From: an uncultured Candidatus Saccharibacteria bacterium
GTDB taxonomy: Bacteria; Patescibacteriota; JAUYIX01; CAYNWW01
NCBI GenBank assembly: GCA_964401055.1
Contig: CAYNWW010000002.1
Location: forward strand, 39,935-103,934
DNA length: 64,000 nt
Direction: 5' to 3'
Shown here: piece after piece, positions 47,229 through 57,614 of the stretch
How positions within the stretch are numbered: position 1 is the first letter of the stretch
Layout of the letters: the number at the start of each line of letters is the position of its first letter
Translations under genes and position numbers: made by a program
Notes under the pieces: model-generated
Database searches by the model: none
What the model was told of the DNA's origin: nothing
The model's input: only the letters and a program-made list of their open reading frames with translations

Positions 47229-50200
47229 ATGGATATGACTCCCGCTGCAACGCCCGCAACCCCGCCCGACCCAACGAAAAAAAATTTCGTGCATTTGCAT
47301 ACGCACAGTCACTATTCCCTGCTCGATGGATTGGGAAAAATTGACGACCTCGTCAATCGCGCCAAAGAACTCGGCATGACCGCACTCGCGCTCACCGATC
47401 ACGGCGTGATGTATGGCGCGGTCGAATTTTACCAAAAATGCACCAAGGCCGGCATCAAGCCAATCATCGGCATGGAAGGCTACATCGCACAAGGCAGCAT
47501 GACCCAAAAGCGCGCCAACATTGACGACAAGCCCTATCACGTCACGTTTCTGTCGTACAACGAAGAGGGCTACAAAAATCTGATCAAAATCACGTCGGCC
47601 GGACATTTGGAAGGATTTTACTACCGGCCGCGCGTGGATTATGACTTTTTGCGCGCGCACTCGCGCGGATTGATCGTACTTTCAGGCTGCGTCAACAGTC
47701 ATATTTCGCGCGAAATTATTTCCGGCAACATGGACAAAGCGCGCGAGATCGCTCTCATGTACCAAGAGATTTTTGGCAAAGAAAATTATTATTTTGAAAT
47801 CCAAGACAACCCCAAACTCGACAAGCAGATTATCAGCAATAAAGCGCTCCTTGAGCTCTCAAAAGAACTTGGCGTGCCGGTAGTTGCGACCAACGACATT
47901 CACTATGTACGTAAAGAAGATGCTCAAGCGCAAGATTTGCTTCTGTGCATCCAAACCAACCGCACCGTCCAAGAAACCAACCGCATGAATTTGCTCGACT
48001 GTGACTTGTCGATGCGATCGCGCGAAGAGATGGAAGAATCGTTTCGCGACATGCCGGAAGTGCTCGACAATACGGTCAAAATCGCCGAGCGCGTGGATTT
48101 TAAAATGAAACTGGGCGAAATCCAACTGCCGAAATACGAACTGCCCGAAGGCGAAACCAACGAAAGTTATTTGGAAAAATTGTGCCTGGTCGGCATGAAG
48201 CGTGCGTATGGCGTCGATGTGGCCGACTTGACCGAAGCCACGGTGGCGGGACTTTCGCCGCGCGATCGCGGCTATGTAGATCGATTGATTTACGAATTGG
48301 GCGTGATCAAAAAAACCGGATTCTCGAGCTATTTCCTCATCGTGCAAGACTTCGTGAACTATGCCAAAGGCGCGGGAATTTTCGTGGGCCCCGGCCGCGG
48401 TTCGGCTGCGGGAAGCTTGGTGTCATACGTACTCAACATCACAAGCGTAGATCCGATCGAGTATGGGTTGCTGTTTGAACGATTCCTCAACCCGGAACGT
48501 ATCAGCATGCCTGATATCGACCTCGACTTTGCCGACGACCGCCGCGCCGAAGTGATCGCATATGTGGAAAAGAAATACGGAAAAGATCACGTGGCACAGA
48601 TCGCCACGTTTGGAACCATGGCCGCACGCGCGGCCGTGCGGGACGCCGGCCGCGCACTCGCGCTCCCCTACGCCTATTGCGACCAAGTTGCCAAGCTCAT
48701 TCCTCCGATGAAATCCAATCTCACCAAAGCGCTCGCCAACGTGCCGGAATTCAAAGAATTGTACGAAAAAGATCCGCAAGCAAAACTCCTCATCGACATG
48801 GCGAAAAAACTCGAAGGTGTGGCGCGCCATGCATCCGTGCATGCCTGCGGCATCCTAGTCACCCGCGAAGAGCTCAACGCCTACGCGCCCGTCCTCGCCA
48901 TGGAAAACAAAAACGCGCCAAAAGACGCACCGACCAGCGCCATCGTGTCTCAGTATTCGCTCCACCCAGTCGAAGATCTCGGCTTGCTCAAGATCGACTT
49001 TTTGGGCTTGAAAAACCTGACGATCATGCAAAACGCGCTCAAGCTTTTGAAAGAAGGCAAAAACATCGACATCGACCTCAACAAGCTTGATTATAAAGAC
49101 GCAAAAACCTATGAACTGTTCCAACGCGGCGAAACCGTAGGCGTGTTCCAGTTTGAATCTTCCGGCATGCGCCGCTACCTCAAGCAGCTCCGCCCCACCG
49201 AATTGCGCGACATCATCGCCATGGTGGCGCTCTATCGCCCGGGCCCGATGGATCTGATCCCGGATTACATTGGCGGCAAACACGGCACCAAGCAGATCAC
49301 CTATCTCCATCCCAAGCTCGAGCCCATTCTCAAGCCGACCTATGGCGTCGCGGTGTATCAGGAACAATTGATGCAGCTCGCCCAAGCGCTCGCCGGCTGG
49401 ACGCTCGGTCAGGCCGACTTGCTGCGTAAAGCAATCGGTAAAAAAATCGAAGCGCTGTTGAAAGAGCAAAAAGAAAAATTCACCCGCGACTGCGTGGCCA
49501 ACGGCATCGAACTCGAAACCGCCCAACAAGTGTTTGCGTTCATCGAACCATTTGCCGGCTACGGCTTCAACTTGTCGCACGCCACCTGCTACGCCGTGCT
49601 CGGATTTATGACCGCCTACCTCAAGGCACACCACCCGGCCGAATTCATGGCCGCGCTCATGACCTCGGACGAAGGCGACACTGACCGGCTCGCCATCGAA
49701 AGTGCCGAATGTAAAGCTATGGGCATCCCCGTGCTCTCCCCCGATGTCAACGAAAGCGGCGCCAGCTTCAGCGTCGTCCGCCACCCGGAAGATCCGACGC
49801 GCGATGCCATTCGCTTTGGCTTGGGCGCAGTGAAAAATGTGGGCGCCAACATCGTAGCCGTCATCGTGGCCGAGCGCCGCGCCAATGGACCATTTGCCTC
49901 GCTGGATGATTTTGTCACACGCGTACAATCCCGCGACCTCAACAAAAAATCACTGGAAAGCCTGGCGAAATGCGGTGCGCTCGATCGATTTGCCGAACGC
50001 GCATCCGTGATCGCCAACATGGACGACATCTTACGTCACGCCAAAGAAATTCAAAAAGCGCGCGCGTTTGGTCAAGAGTCGCTCTTCGCTTCCATCGCGC
50101 GCACCACGCCCGCCTTTCAAGCCCCCGCGCTCCAACTCAAGCCGGTGACTCCCGCCATTCGCGAAGAAAAATTGTCGTGGGAAAAAGAATTACTCGGTCT

Positions 50201-50996
50201 CTACGTGTCCGAACATCCGGTACATGCGTTCATGGACGTGCTCGGCAAAGTCTGCACGCCCAACAACAAACTCGCTCCGCTTGCCGAGCAAACCAACGTG
50301 CGCATCGGCGGCGTGATCACTAAAACGCAAAAGATTCTCACCAAGAAAAATCAAAACATGATGTTTGTGACCATCGAAGACGTCTCGACGTCGGTGGAAA
50401 TTTTAGTATTTTCAAAAACGCTGGAAAAATATGCAGCCATGCTTGAAGTCGGCAAAGTCGTGATTGCCGAAGGAAAAGTAAGTCACAAAGGCGAAGTACC
50501 GAAATTATTGTCCGATGTGTTTCATCTCTTGACCGACGCCACGCGCGAGGCAATGAGCACGCTCAAGCCGGTCGAACAACGCGCCGGCCGCGGGCGATTT
50601 GGCGGTGGTGCTAGTGGCGGCAACGGCGGATTTAACCGCGCGCCAGCCTGGACCCAACAGCAAGGAGCATCGTTTCGACCTTCATATCCGCAGACCCCAA
50701 CTCCAGCTCCGGCCTCGACGCCGGCCGCGATTCCGTCGCCCACAGCCTCAGGCGCCAAACTCCTCGCAGTAGACAAAGCGCAAAATGCCATCACCATCAC
50801 TCTCCCCGCGACCTACAAACCCGCCGACTTTGAATTGCTTAAAAAAATCCTCTCGAGCACGCCAGGATCGGTCAAGGTCAACCTCCAGCTCGCATCTCCT
50901 CAAGGTGGAGTTAAAAAAATCGAGACTTCTTTTGCCATCCAAGGCACCACCGAAGTATTTCAACAACTCAAAACACATTTCACGCCGTATTTATAA
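47229..50996 (+). CDS. dnaE: DNA polymerase III alpha subunit with a ~200-aa C-terminal extension
   Basis: It has a PHP domain at the N-terminus (HLHTHSHYSLLDG), a pol beta-like core, an OB fold, and then a Gly/Pro/Ala-rich linker followed by an extra globular segment. Confidence 0.95.
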   Translation: MDMTPAATPATPPDPTKKNFVHLHTHSHYSLLDGLGKIDDLVNRAKELGMTALALTDHGVMYGAVEFYQKCTKAGIKPIIGMEGYIAQGSMTQKRANIDDKPYHVTFLSYNEEGYKNLIKITSAGHLEGFYYRPRVDYDFLRAHSRGLIVLSGCVNSHISREIISGNMDKAREIALMYQEIFGKENYYFEIQDNPKLDKQIISNKALLELSKELGVPVVATNDIHYVRKEDAQAQDLLLCIQTNRTVQETNRMNLLDCDLSMRSREEMEESFRDMPEVLDNTVKIAERVDFKMKLGEIQLPKYELPEGETNESYLEKLCLVGMKRAYGVDVADLTEATVAGLSPRDRGYVDRLIYELGVIKKTGFSSYFLIVQDFVNYAKGAGIFVGPGRGSAAGSLVSYVLNITSVDPIEYGLLFERFLNPERISMPDIDLDFADDRRAEVIAYVEKKYGKDHVAQIATFGTMAARAAVRDAGRALALPYAYCDQVAKLIPPMKSNLTKALANVPEFKELYEKDPQAKLLIDMAKKLEGVARHASVHACGILVTREELNAYAPVLAMENKNAPKDAPTSAIVSQYSLHPVEDLGLLKIDFLGLKNLTIMQNALKLLKEGKNIDIDLNKLDYKDAKTYELFQRGETVGVFQFESSGMRRYLKQLRPTELRDIIAMVALYRPGPMDLIPDYIGGKHGTKQITYLHPKLEPILKPTYGVAVYQEQLMQLAQALAGWTLGQADLLRKAIGKKIEALLKEQKEKFTRDCVANGIELETAQQVFAFIEPFAGYGFNLSHATCYAVLGFMTAYLKAHHPAEFMAALMTSDEGDTDRLAIESAECKAMGIPVLSPDVNESGASFSVVRHPEDPTRDAIRFGLGAVKNVGANIVAVIVAERRANGPFASLDDFVTRVQSRDLNKKSLESLAKCGALDRFAERASVIANMDDILRHAKEIQKARAFGQESLFASIARTTPAFQAPALQLKPVTPAIREEKLSWEKELLGLYVSEHPVHAFMDVLGKVCTPNNKLAPLAEQTNVRIGGVITKTQKILTKKNQNMMFVTIEDVSTSVEILVFSKTLEKYAAMLEVGKVVIAEGKVSHKGEVPKLLSDVFHLLTDATREAMSTLKPVEQRAGRGRFGGGASGGNGGFNRAPAWTQQQGASFRPSYPQTPTPAPASTPAAIPSPTASGAKLLAVDKAQNAITITLPATYKPADFELLKKILSSTPGSVKVNLQLASPQGGVKKIETSFAIQGTTEVFQQLKTHFTPYL

Positions 50997-51143
50997 AAAA
51001 CCGTTCAGTATCAACACGATACAGAACGGCTAACCTTTTTATACGCTGCTAATTTTGCGTTCACTTCACGCCGAAGCGCCTCGCGATCCTTGCTCATCCG
51101 CACAACGCTTTTGCGCAGAACTTCTACCGCCAGGAAATATTCA

Positions 51144-51935
51144 TTACTCTGCCGATCGTACTCCATGCTCTTTTCCTCCCAACATAAACTCTGCACACCA
51201 CTCCTGCATCACCGGCGTCCAAAGCTGGTCAAATCCCGGAATCACCACAATCCAGGGCGCCAACCGCGGAAGCTGACGACCGAGCACATCACGCAAAATC
51301 CGCTTATTGCCAAAAATTGCATGTTGTTCGAGCGCGTACAGGATATAATCCAACGTCTCAAGAGCCGTGAACACGCGCGCCTCCCACAAACTCACCTCGC
51401 GAAGCGCACGAATAGTTATCATCGCCACTTCAGGAAAATATTCAGAAAGCTCCGCAAGTCGCCGCTCATCACACTCCTCATCTCCGGAGCATGGCACGTG
51501 CTGAAGTAAATAGGCACTTCGCGCCAATTCCCAAGCATGGCCTGAACGAAGTGCAAAAAAATCTTCATACGCGTCAAATTCTTCGCGATCATGCGCGACG
51601 CCTTTCCTCGCAAATTGCACATCGCGTCCACAGAGCCACTCGCCATGATCATGCTCGAGTGCAGCCGTGCGCAATGCCTCAATATCCAAGCGAATTCCGC
51701 GCTCAAAGCATGGGCCGAAAAAAATCTCGCACGCCACGCGCACCAATCGCTCCAGGGACAGCTTGTGCTCGGCTAAATTTTGCGGTCGTATGCGCTCTTC
51801 CGACGGCGTCTCAACGCCCGGCTGGGGTCCATATGCACTCCAGCGCACAATCGACGACGGCCCCACTTGCACCGCTCGCCAGCCTTCAATCAATCGCGAC
51901 AAAACCGGACATGGCAACTCAATGCTCGCTTTCAT
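51144..51935 (-). CDS. Hypothetical protein, possibly an HD-domain phosphohydrolase-like protein; GC-rich
   Basis: The sequence AALEHDHGEW resembles an HD motif; the assignment is weak. Confidence 0.25.
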   Translation of the reverse strand: MKASIELPCPVLSRLIEGWRAVQVGPSSIVRWSAYGPQPGVETPSEERIRPQNLAEHKLSLERLVRVACEIFFGPCFERGIRLDIEALRTAALEHDHGEWLCGRDVQFARKGVAHDREEFDAYEDFFALRSGHAWELARSAYLLQHVPCSGDEECDERRLAELSEYFPEVAMITIRALREVSLWEARVFTALETLDYILYALEQHAIFGNKRILRDVLGRQLPRLAPWIVVIPGFDQLWTPVMQEWCAEFMLGGKEHGVRSAE

Positions 51936-52016
51936 GACACACCTCCTGCGCCCATACTGAAGATAACTGCCTCAATTGTCAACAAACACACGCCGAAATA
52001 ATGCTATAATTCCCTT

Positions 52017-52442
52017 ATGCCACCTCTTCGCGCCAACGCACAAGTCGTCCGCACGGATTACACCCTCTTCCACCACCTTAGCCTGATTTGGCGCGAGCAT
52101 TTTTCCGATGTCGAACGCGTCAATCCGGTCGTGATCGAATTTGGCCGCGCCGCACGCACGCGCCTCGGCTCAATCACGCTCGACAAACCGTCGAACATTT
52201 CACGTATCACCATTAGTCATTTGCTTGCTTACGACCTCGTGCCGGACGTGGTGCTCAACGCAACCATCGCGCATGAACTTGTGCATTACACCCACGGATT
52301 TAGCTCACTGCGACCTCGCATCTTTCGCCATCCACATCAAGGCGGAATCATCTTGAAAGAATTTCGCGCACGCGGATTGTACCCGACACACCTGGAAGCG
52401 CGCCGCTGGCTGCGTGCGAATTGGCGCAAGATCGTGGTATAA
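52017..52442 (+). CDS. SprT-like/WLM-type zinc metallopeptidase domain protein (HExxH)
   Basis: The sequence NATIAHELVHYTHG contains HExxH; the 141-aa size suits SprT-like proteins. Confidence 0.4.
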   Translation: MPPLRANAQVVRTDYTLFHHLSLIWREHFSDVERVNPVVIEFGRAARTRLGSITLDKPSNISRITISHLLAYDLVPDVVLNATIAHELVHYTHGFSSLRPRIFRHPHQGGIILKEFRARGLYPTHLEARRWLRANWRKIVV

Positions 52443-52507
52443 ATAATTTATTGACACAGCATCCCGAAATTGCATTACAAATCAAAAGCAACAATTAATT
52501 TAAGGAT

Positions 52508-53653
52508 ATGCAGACCACACCTAGTAATCGTCTTTCACCCACATGGCGCGTAATAAGCATTGTTGCCATCACTCTCATATGCAACCTGTTACTTTTTTTC
52601 CTTATGCCTGGCGATACAATTGGCGCGCGGATAAACAGAGCTATGGCTGAACGTCTTTCCAACGCGCTGTTTGTCGAAACACTTGAACTCGGATTTGTTT
52701 CAGCATTTCTAGTCTTCCGCGCAGTCGGTTTTCGAGGTTCTTTTTGGAGCGCGTGGAGATATATTGCGTCCGGCATCTTTTTCGTTTCGGTCGCCGATGT
52801 TGCGCTATTGATTGCGTGGTTTCTATTCCCAACATTCAACGGAGGACTCATTTCGGCTGCCTTCAGCGTTATTTTTATGCCGCTCTTTATTATGTCCGGG
52901 CACAAACTTCTTCTCATGGCAGGAAAAAAGAATGGACTTCTTACGTTCGGTATTTACGCTGGATGTGTTGTAGCTAGCGTGCTTTCTGTCTACGGCATCG
53001 CGGTTGCCTATCCTCCAGCAGAAGGACTGCAATCAGTTATACCACAAACCGCATCAATCGGGCTTGTTATTGGCAGCGTCGTGCAACTATTTAGAGCCCG
53101 AAATGTTTTTACCGGAAGGATGCGACGCGTTCATATCCAGAGCGCTACCGCGTTCGCGCTTATAGTGCCTGGCTTGATGCAAGAAGTACTGCTTTCTTTC
53201 GTAGGACACGCAAGCGAATTTGCATACAACTGGAATATTCGCTGGCAGATTAGCCAACCAATTTGGCTATTGGCATATGTTTTTCTCGTGTATTCATCCG
53301 CGCGCATTCGCTTTGACTTTGCGGAAATTTACAAGCTCTCTCTTGCACCCAGCTCATACACAAATCCGTACGCACAGATTATTGACTTAACTGTCCGAAA
53401 GTTTGAACAGCTTATTGGAAAAGAAATTTCCATGCAGCGTCTTACGCATATCAGTGCTTTGCAAATCACTGATGCGGGCGGGATTCGCATTCCAAGTGAA
53501 GTTGAAGATTCGATTCTGATTGAAGCGTATCAAGAAACGATGAATATTTACCGCGATTTACTTGGTGACGTCGCTGACGATTTTGCAGCCGATGCGACGC
53601 GTTCGGTGCGAGCACAACATCCAGAGATCGCGTTTCAGAAAATTAACAATTAA
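52508..53653 (+). CDS. Paralog A of an uncharacterised multi-TM membrane protein family with a conserved C-terminal cytoplasmic domain
   Basis: Motifs shared with 53664..54686, 56583..57552 and 62311..63456 are [FL][KR]G[KS][FL]W..WR near TM2, MAGK[KR]N mid-protein, NPYAQ.I...V.KF..LIG.EI and Y.DLLGD.A.DFA.D.T.....HP at the C-terminus. Confidence 0.6.
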   Translation: MQTTPSNRLSPTWRVISIVAITLICNLLLFFLMPGDTIGARINRAMAERLSNALFVETLELGFVSAFLVFRAVGFRGSFWSAWRYIASGIFFVSVADVALLIAWFLFPTFNGGLISAAFSVIFMPLFIMSGHKLLLMAGKKNGLLTFGIYAGCVVASVLSVYGIAVAYPPAEGLQSVIPQTASIGLVIGSVVQLFRARNVFTGRMRRVHIQSATAFALIVPGLMQEVLLSFVGHASEFAYNWNIRWQISQPIWLLAYVFLVYSSARIRFDFAEIYKLSLAPSSYTNPYAQIIDLTVRKFEQLIGKEISMQRLTHISALQITDAGGIRIPSEVEDSILIEAYQETMNIYRDLLGDVADDFAADATRSVRAQHPEIAFQKINN

Positions 53654-53663
53654 ATGATTTCAT

Positions 53664-54686
53664 ATGTCTCTCACAACACCTGAAAAAATTGAATTCGTCG
53701 TCATGTTTCTCATGCCGATTGCCGGCTTGGTACTCGCGTTCATTCTTCTTGGAACACTCGGATTCAAAGGAAAACTATGGGCGCCTTGGCGATATCTTTC
53801 GTATTCATTGATCGCCGCCGGAATAGGCAGCATTGGCAATCCGCTTTTTCTTTTTGTTACCAGCAAAACCGCCATTGCAGTATTTGGAATTGCCGGCTCT
53901 TTCTTTCTGCTTACTCCTATTTTTATCATTCTGAGCGCACGCAAATTTGGCAAGCTCTTTCATATCAAGCTTTTTTTCACTTCATTCCTTGGTCTCTCCC
54001 TAATTGCGTGCGGACTATTTGTCGCAGAATTTCTTATTTCATTTGTTTACAAGCCCGTGGGATCCCTCCCGTATATTGTTATATCTACAATGGTCGCCGC
54101 CTGCGAAATTGCATCGGCACTCTCGCTCAACAAACTCGCTCCACATGTTCAAGGCGCAGTTGCCAAGCCGATCCGAACTTTTTCGCACGTGATGATCTTG
54201 ATTGCACTTTCATCTATTCAGGAACCAATTAGTGCCTATGTTGGCTGGTCCGAAAAAATAACACCGATCAACCCTCTCGCGACCTCCGTTTTGGTTGGAT
54301 GCTACCTCATTGGCTTCCTTGCACTTCTTCGCCCCGTTCTTCAACTTCGCTCTGCGTTGCGCACTTCTTATCAAACATACGAAGTCGAACTCTCGCAGCA
54401 ACCCTTTTTCCAAATGATCCAGCTCCTCATCCAAAAATATAGCGCCCTTATCGGACCCAGCCTTGTTGTAACCGCGGCACGCAAAATTCAAGGTCTTAAT
54501 GTAAATGAAGATGGTTCTTTGGTCCGAATCGAAGAAAGCGACGGACGCCTTGCACTCATTTCTCTTATAAGCTCACATCGCGAACTGCTTGGCGATGTGG
54601 CATATGACTTTGCACAAGATGCAACACGAGGAGTCCTTGCTCAACATAAAGATATTCAATTCCCAACACGTGAAGAAATTGCTTGA
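53664..54686 (+). CDS. Paralog B of the same membrane protein family (tandem to A)
   Basis: It shares the motifs FKGKLWAPWRYLS and ...HRELLGDVAYDFAQDATRGVLAQH. Confidence 0.6.
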   Translation: MSLTTPEKIEFVVMFLMPIAGLVLAFILLGTLGFKGKLWAPWRYLSYSLIAAGIGSIGNPLFLFVTSKTAIAVFGIAGSFFLLTPIFIILSARKFGKLFHIKLFFTSFLGLSLIACGLFVAEFLISFVYKPVGSLPYIVISTMVAACEIASALSLNKLAPHVQGAVAKPIRTFSHVMILIALSSIQEPISAYVGWSEKITPINPLATSVLVGCYLIGFLALLRPVLQLRSALRTSYQTYEVELSQQPFFQMIQLLIQKYSALIGPSLVVTAARKIQGLNVNEDGSLVRIEESDGRLALISLISSHRELLGDVAYDFAQDATRGVLAQHKDIQFPTREEIA

Positions 54687-54827
54687 TTCATCACGAGCTT
54701 ATTAACGAAGTCATTTATGTTTTGCAGAAAACGCAAGAAATAGGACAAGAAAATAGTAACATATTTTCTTGTCAACCACGGGCTAAAATGATACATTTAT
54801 CGTGTCACCTATTTTTAATGGTATTTT

Positions 54828-56588
54828 ATGCTCGAACCAAAAAAAGAGCTTACTTCACTTGAAAAAATGCGCCATTCGACTGCGCATACGCTGGCCATGG
54901 CTGTTTTGGAAATTTTCCCTGCTGCGAAATTGGGTATTGGCCCGGTTATTGAGGATGGATTTTATTATGACTTTGAGCTGCCGCGCGCGCTGACCGACAA
55001 AGAGCTGGTAGATATTGAAAAGCGCATGAAAAAAATTATTAAGCTTGGTCTGCCATTCGAACAAGTGTTTTTGTCACAGGATGAGGCGCGCGCGCAGTTG
55101 GCGGCGCAGCCCTACAAACTTGAGCTGCTTGCCGAAATTCTGGATGAGCGTGTGTCATTTTTCAAAAACGCAGACAAGTTTATGGATTTGTGCCGTGGGC
55201 CGCATGCGGCGTCGACCGGCGCGATCGGCGCATTCAAGATTTTGCATACGGCCGGCGCGTATTGGCGAGGTGATGAAAAAAATAAGATGCTGACACGCAT
55301 TTACGGCACCGCGTGGGAAACACAAGAAGAGCTCGACGCATACCTTGCGCGCGTGGAAGACGCCAAGCGCCGCGATCACAAAAAACTCGGCAAAGATTTG
55401 GATTTATTTTTCTTTGATGCGGAAGTTGGCAAGGGTTTGCCGATGTGGACACCCAAAGGCACGGCGATCAAATTTGAGTTGGAGAAATTTACGCGCGAGC
55501 TCGAGCGCCACTATGGCTACGAGCACGTCGAGACGCCGTATTTGGCGCAAGAGACGCTCTACAAAACCAGCGGCCATCTCGCCCACTATCGCGCAAACAT
55601 GTACAAGCCGATCGACATGGATGGCGACGAATTTTATTTGCGACCGATGGCATGTCCGCACCACATCAAAATGTTTATGCGCAAGCCGGTGAGCTACAAG
55701 CAGATGCCGGTGCGGTTTGCCGAGATTGCGGATTACAATCGGTTTGAAAAATCCGGCGAACTCATGGGCATGATTCGCGTGCGCAAATTTACGTTGACGG
55801 ACGGTCATTTGTTTGTGACTCCCGATGGGCTCAAAGACGAATTCAAGCGCGTCTGTCAAATGATTCAGGAAGGAATTCGCGGCCTGGGAATTGAAGAGAA
55901 AGTCTCCTATCGATTTTCCAAACACGACCCGGCGGATCAGGAAAAATATTATCCGGATGCGGAATTGTGGCGCAAATCAGAGACGACGATGAAAGAGGCG
56001 CTTGATGAATTGGGGTTAAAATATGTCGAGGCTACGGGTGAGGCTGCGTTTTACGGGCCGAAACTCGACGTCCAGTTTCGCAACGTGAATGGCAAAGAAG
56101 ATACCGCATTTACCGCGCAGATGGACTTTTTGCTGCCAGAAAAATTTGATATTTCCTACATTGGCGCGGATGGTTCGAAGATGCGGCCGGTAATGATTCA
56201 TCGCTCGACGATCGGCGCGCTGGAGCGCACGTTTGCGTTCTTAATTGAGCACTATGCCGGCGCGTTTCCATTGTGGATGTCGCCGTTTCATGTTGCGGTG
56301 CTGCCTGTGTCAGATGCATTCACGCCATTTGCCCGCGAATTTGCGGCCGAGATGGATGCCCTTGGTATTCGCGCGCAAGTCGCGGACGAAACCGAGAGCG
56401 TGGGCAAAAAAATCCGCGCTGCTGAAATGGAAAAGTTCCCCTACATCATCGTCGTGGGTGAAAAAGAAGTCGCGGGTGGCGATTTGATGGTGCGCGTGCG
56501 CGGTCAAAAAGATCAGCGCAGCATGACACGCGCGGCATTTTTGGAGATGGTTGTGGAACGACTCAAGGTGCGAGGGCTGGAACTATAG
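54828..56588 (+). CDS. thrS: Threonyl-tRNA synthetase, short form lacking the N-terminal TGS domain
   Basis: It has the editing-domain HSTAHTLAMAV, class II motifs (RDHKKLGKDLDLFFF; FRVRKFTLTDGHLF; ...GPKLDVQF) and a C-terminal anticodon-binding domain. Confidence 0.9.
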   Translation: MLEPKKELTSLEKMRHSTAHTLAMAVLEIFPAAKLGIGPVIEDGFYYDFELPRALTDKELVDIEKRMKKIIKLGLPFEQVFLSQDEARAQLAAQPYKLELLAEILDERVSFFKNADKFMDLCRGPHAASTGAIGAFKILHTAGAYWRGDEKNKMLTRIYGTAWETQEELDAYLARVEDAKRRDHKKLGKDLDLFFFDAEVGKGLPMWTPKGTAIKFELEKFTRELERHYGYEHVETPYLAQETLYKTSGHLAHYRANMYKPIDMDGDEFYLRPMACPHHIKMFMRKPVSYKQMPVRFAEIADYNRFEKSGELMGMIRVRKFTLTDGHLFVTPDGLKDEFKRVCQMIQEGIRGLGIEEKVSYRFSKHDPADQEKYYPDAELWRKSETTMKEALDELGLKYVEATGEAAFYGPKLDVQFRNVNGKEDTAFTAQMDFLLPEKFDISYIGADGSKMRPVMIHRSTIGALERTFAFLIEHYAGAFPLWMSPFHVAVLPVSDAFTPFAREFAAEMDALGIRAQVADETESVGKKIRAAEMEKFPYIIVVGEKEVAGGDLMVRVRGQKDQRSMTRAAFLEMVVERLKVRGLEL

Positions 56589-57552
56589 CTTTGTTTGCGG
56601 CAGCACCAGATCAGGATATTTCGTCTTGTACTGCTTTGACACATCTAGGATAAAATCTTGAGCGGAATCGCCCAACAAATCCGTGTATGCTGCTCCGATT
56701 TGTTCGATTGCGTGCACGCCAACCTCGGTACTTACCCCCTCTGCGATGACAAATTCACCGCCTTGTCGGGGCTCAACAATAGCAACTTCACTCAAACGCG
56801 CGAGCGCAATTTCTGCACCAATCAGACTGGAGAATTTTTTCACAATTGCCTCAATAAGCTGCGCATATGGATTTTCGTAAGATGAATAATGCTCAAGTGT
56901 TTCTGCGTAAGCGTCGGCAAGATCCTTGCGTAATTTGCCGGCCGTATAAACAATGAAGGATGAAACGACCAAATATGCAATTGCTCCAATATGATATTTT
57001 ATAATGATTTGAGCCACTACGCTGTCTAGGCTAAAAAACACTCCTCCAAATTCTTGAAGTGAGGCAATCGCAGTAAATAAAGTCACGAGGAACAGTCTAT
57101 GTTGCGACTTCTTGAGAGACCCAGTAATAAAGCTCTCACTTCGATACATCTCCTGGCCAAGAAAGCACGAATGAACGGCGACCAGCCATCTTAAAAAATC
57201 GCTTCACACCAAGAAACCCAAGAAAAGAAGATAAAACATAGAAAAGCGGGAAAAGCCCGGCGATTGGGCTTGACTGATATTCATAGCCAACAATAAAAAA
57301 CAGCGTGTAGCCGAGCACATTTGCGACGCCATACATCGTGAGCCCAGCGGCAAGCAATCGCCAAGCGACCCAAAACTTGCCTCTCAGTTTCTCAGCAGTC
57401 AACATGCGGAGACCGGCGTAAAATGCCAGCGAAGCAGTGAGGACGTAAAATAAGTTTTCAATTTTGCTTGTCGCGGTTACATTAGGTATTTTCCCAACCG
57501 TCTCTCCTGCAAAAAATAGTATCCACAGTAACAAAAAAGTAGTAACAGTCAA
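56583..57552 (-). pseudogene. Paralog C of the membrane protein family, split into two overlapping ORFs (57136..57552 and 56583..57149): either a frameshifted pseudogene or a naturally split gene.
   Basis: The N-terminal ORF carries LRGKFWVAWR and FKMAGRRSFVLSWPG; the C-terminal ORF carries NPYAQLIEAIVKKFSSLIGAEIA and YTDLLGDSAQDF. Paralogs A, B and D encode these regions as one polypeptide. The two ORFs overlap by 14 nt in different frames. Confidence 0.5.
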
Positions 57553-57614
57553 AATATTACCGTAAGCAGGAATGATGGTTTACCCCATACTTTTACATTA
57601 GGCATGTTGCTGTA

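Noticed and set aside
47859-50029. Long antisense ORFs within dnaE (e.g. 48855..49928, 357 aa)
   Set aside because: They are opposite an unambiguous 1255-aa DnaE. Long open antisense frames are expected in GC-rich genes of this length.
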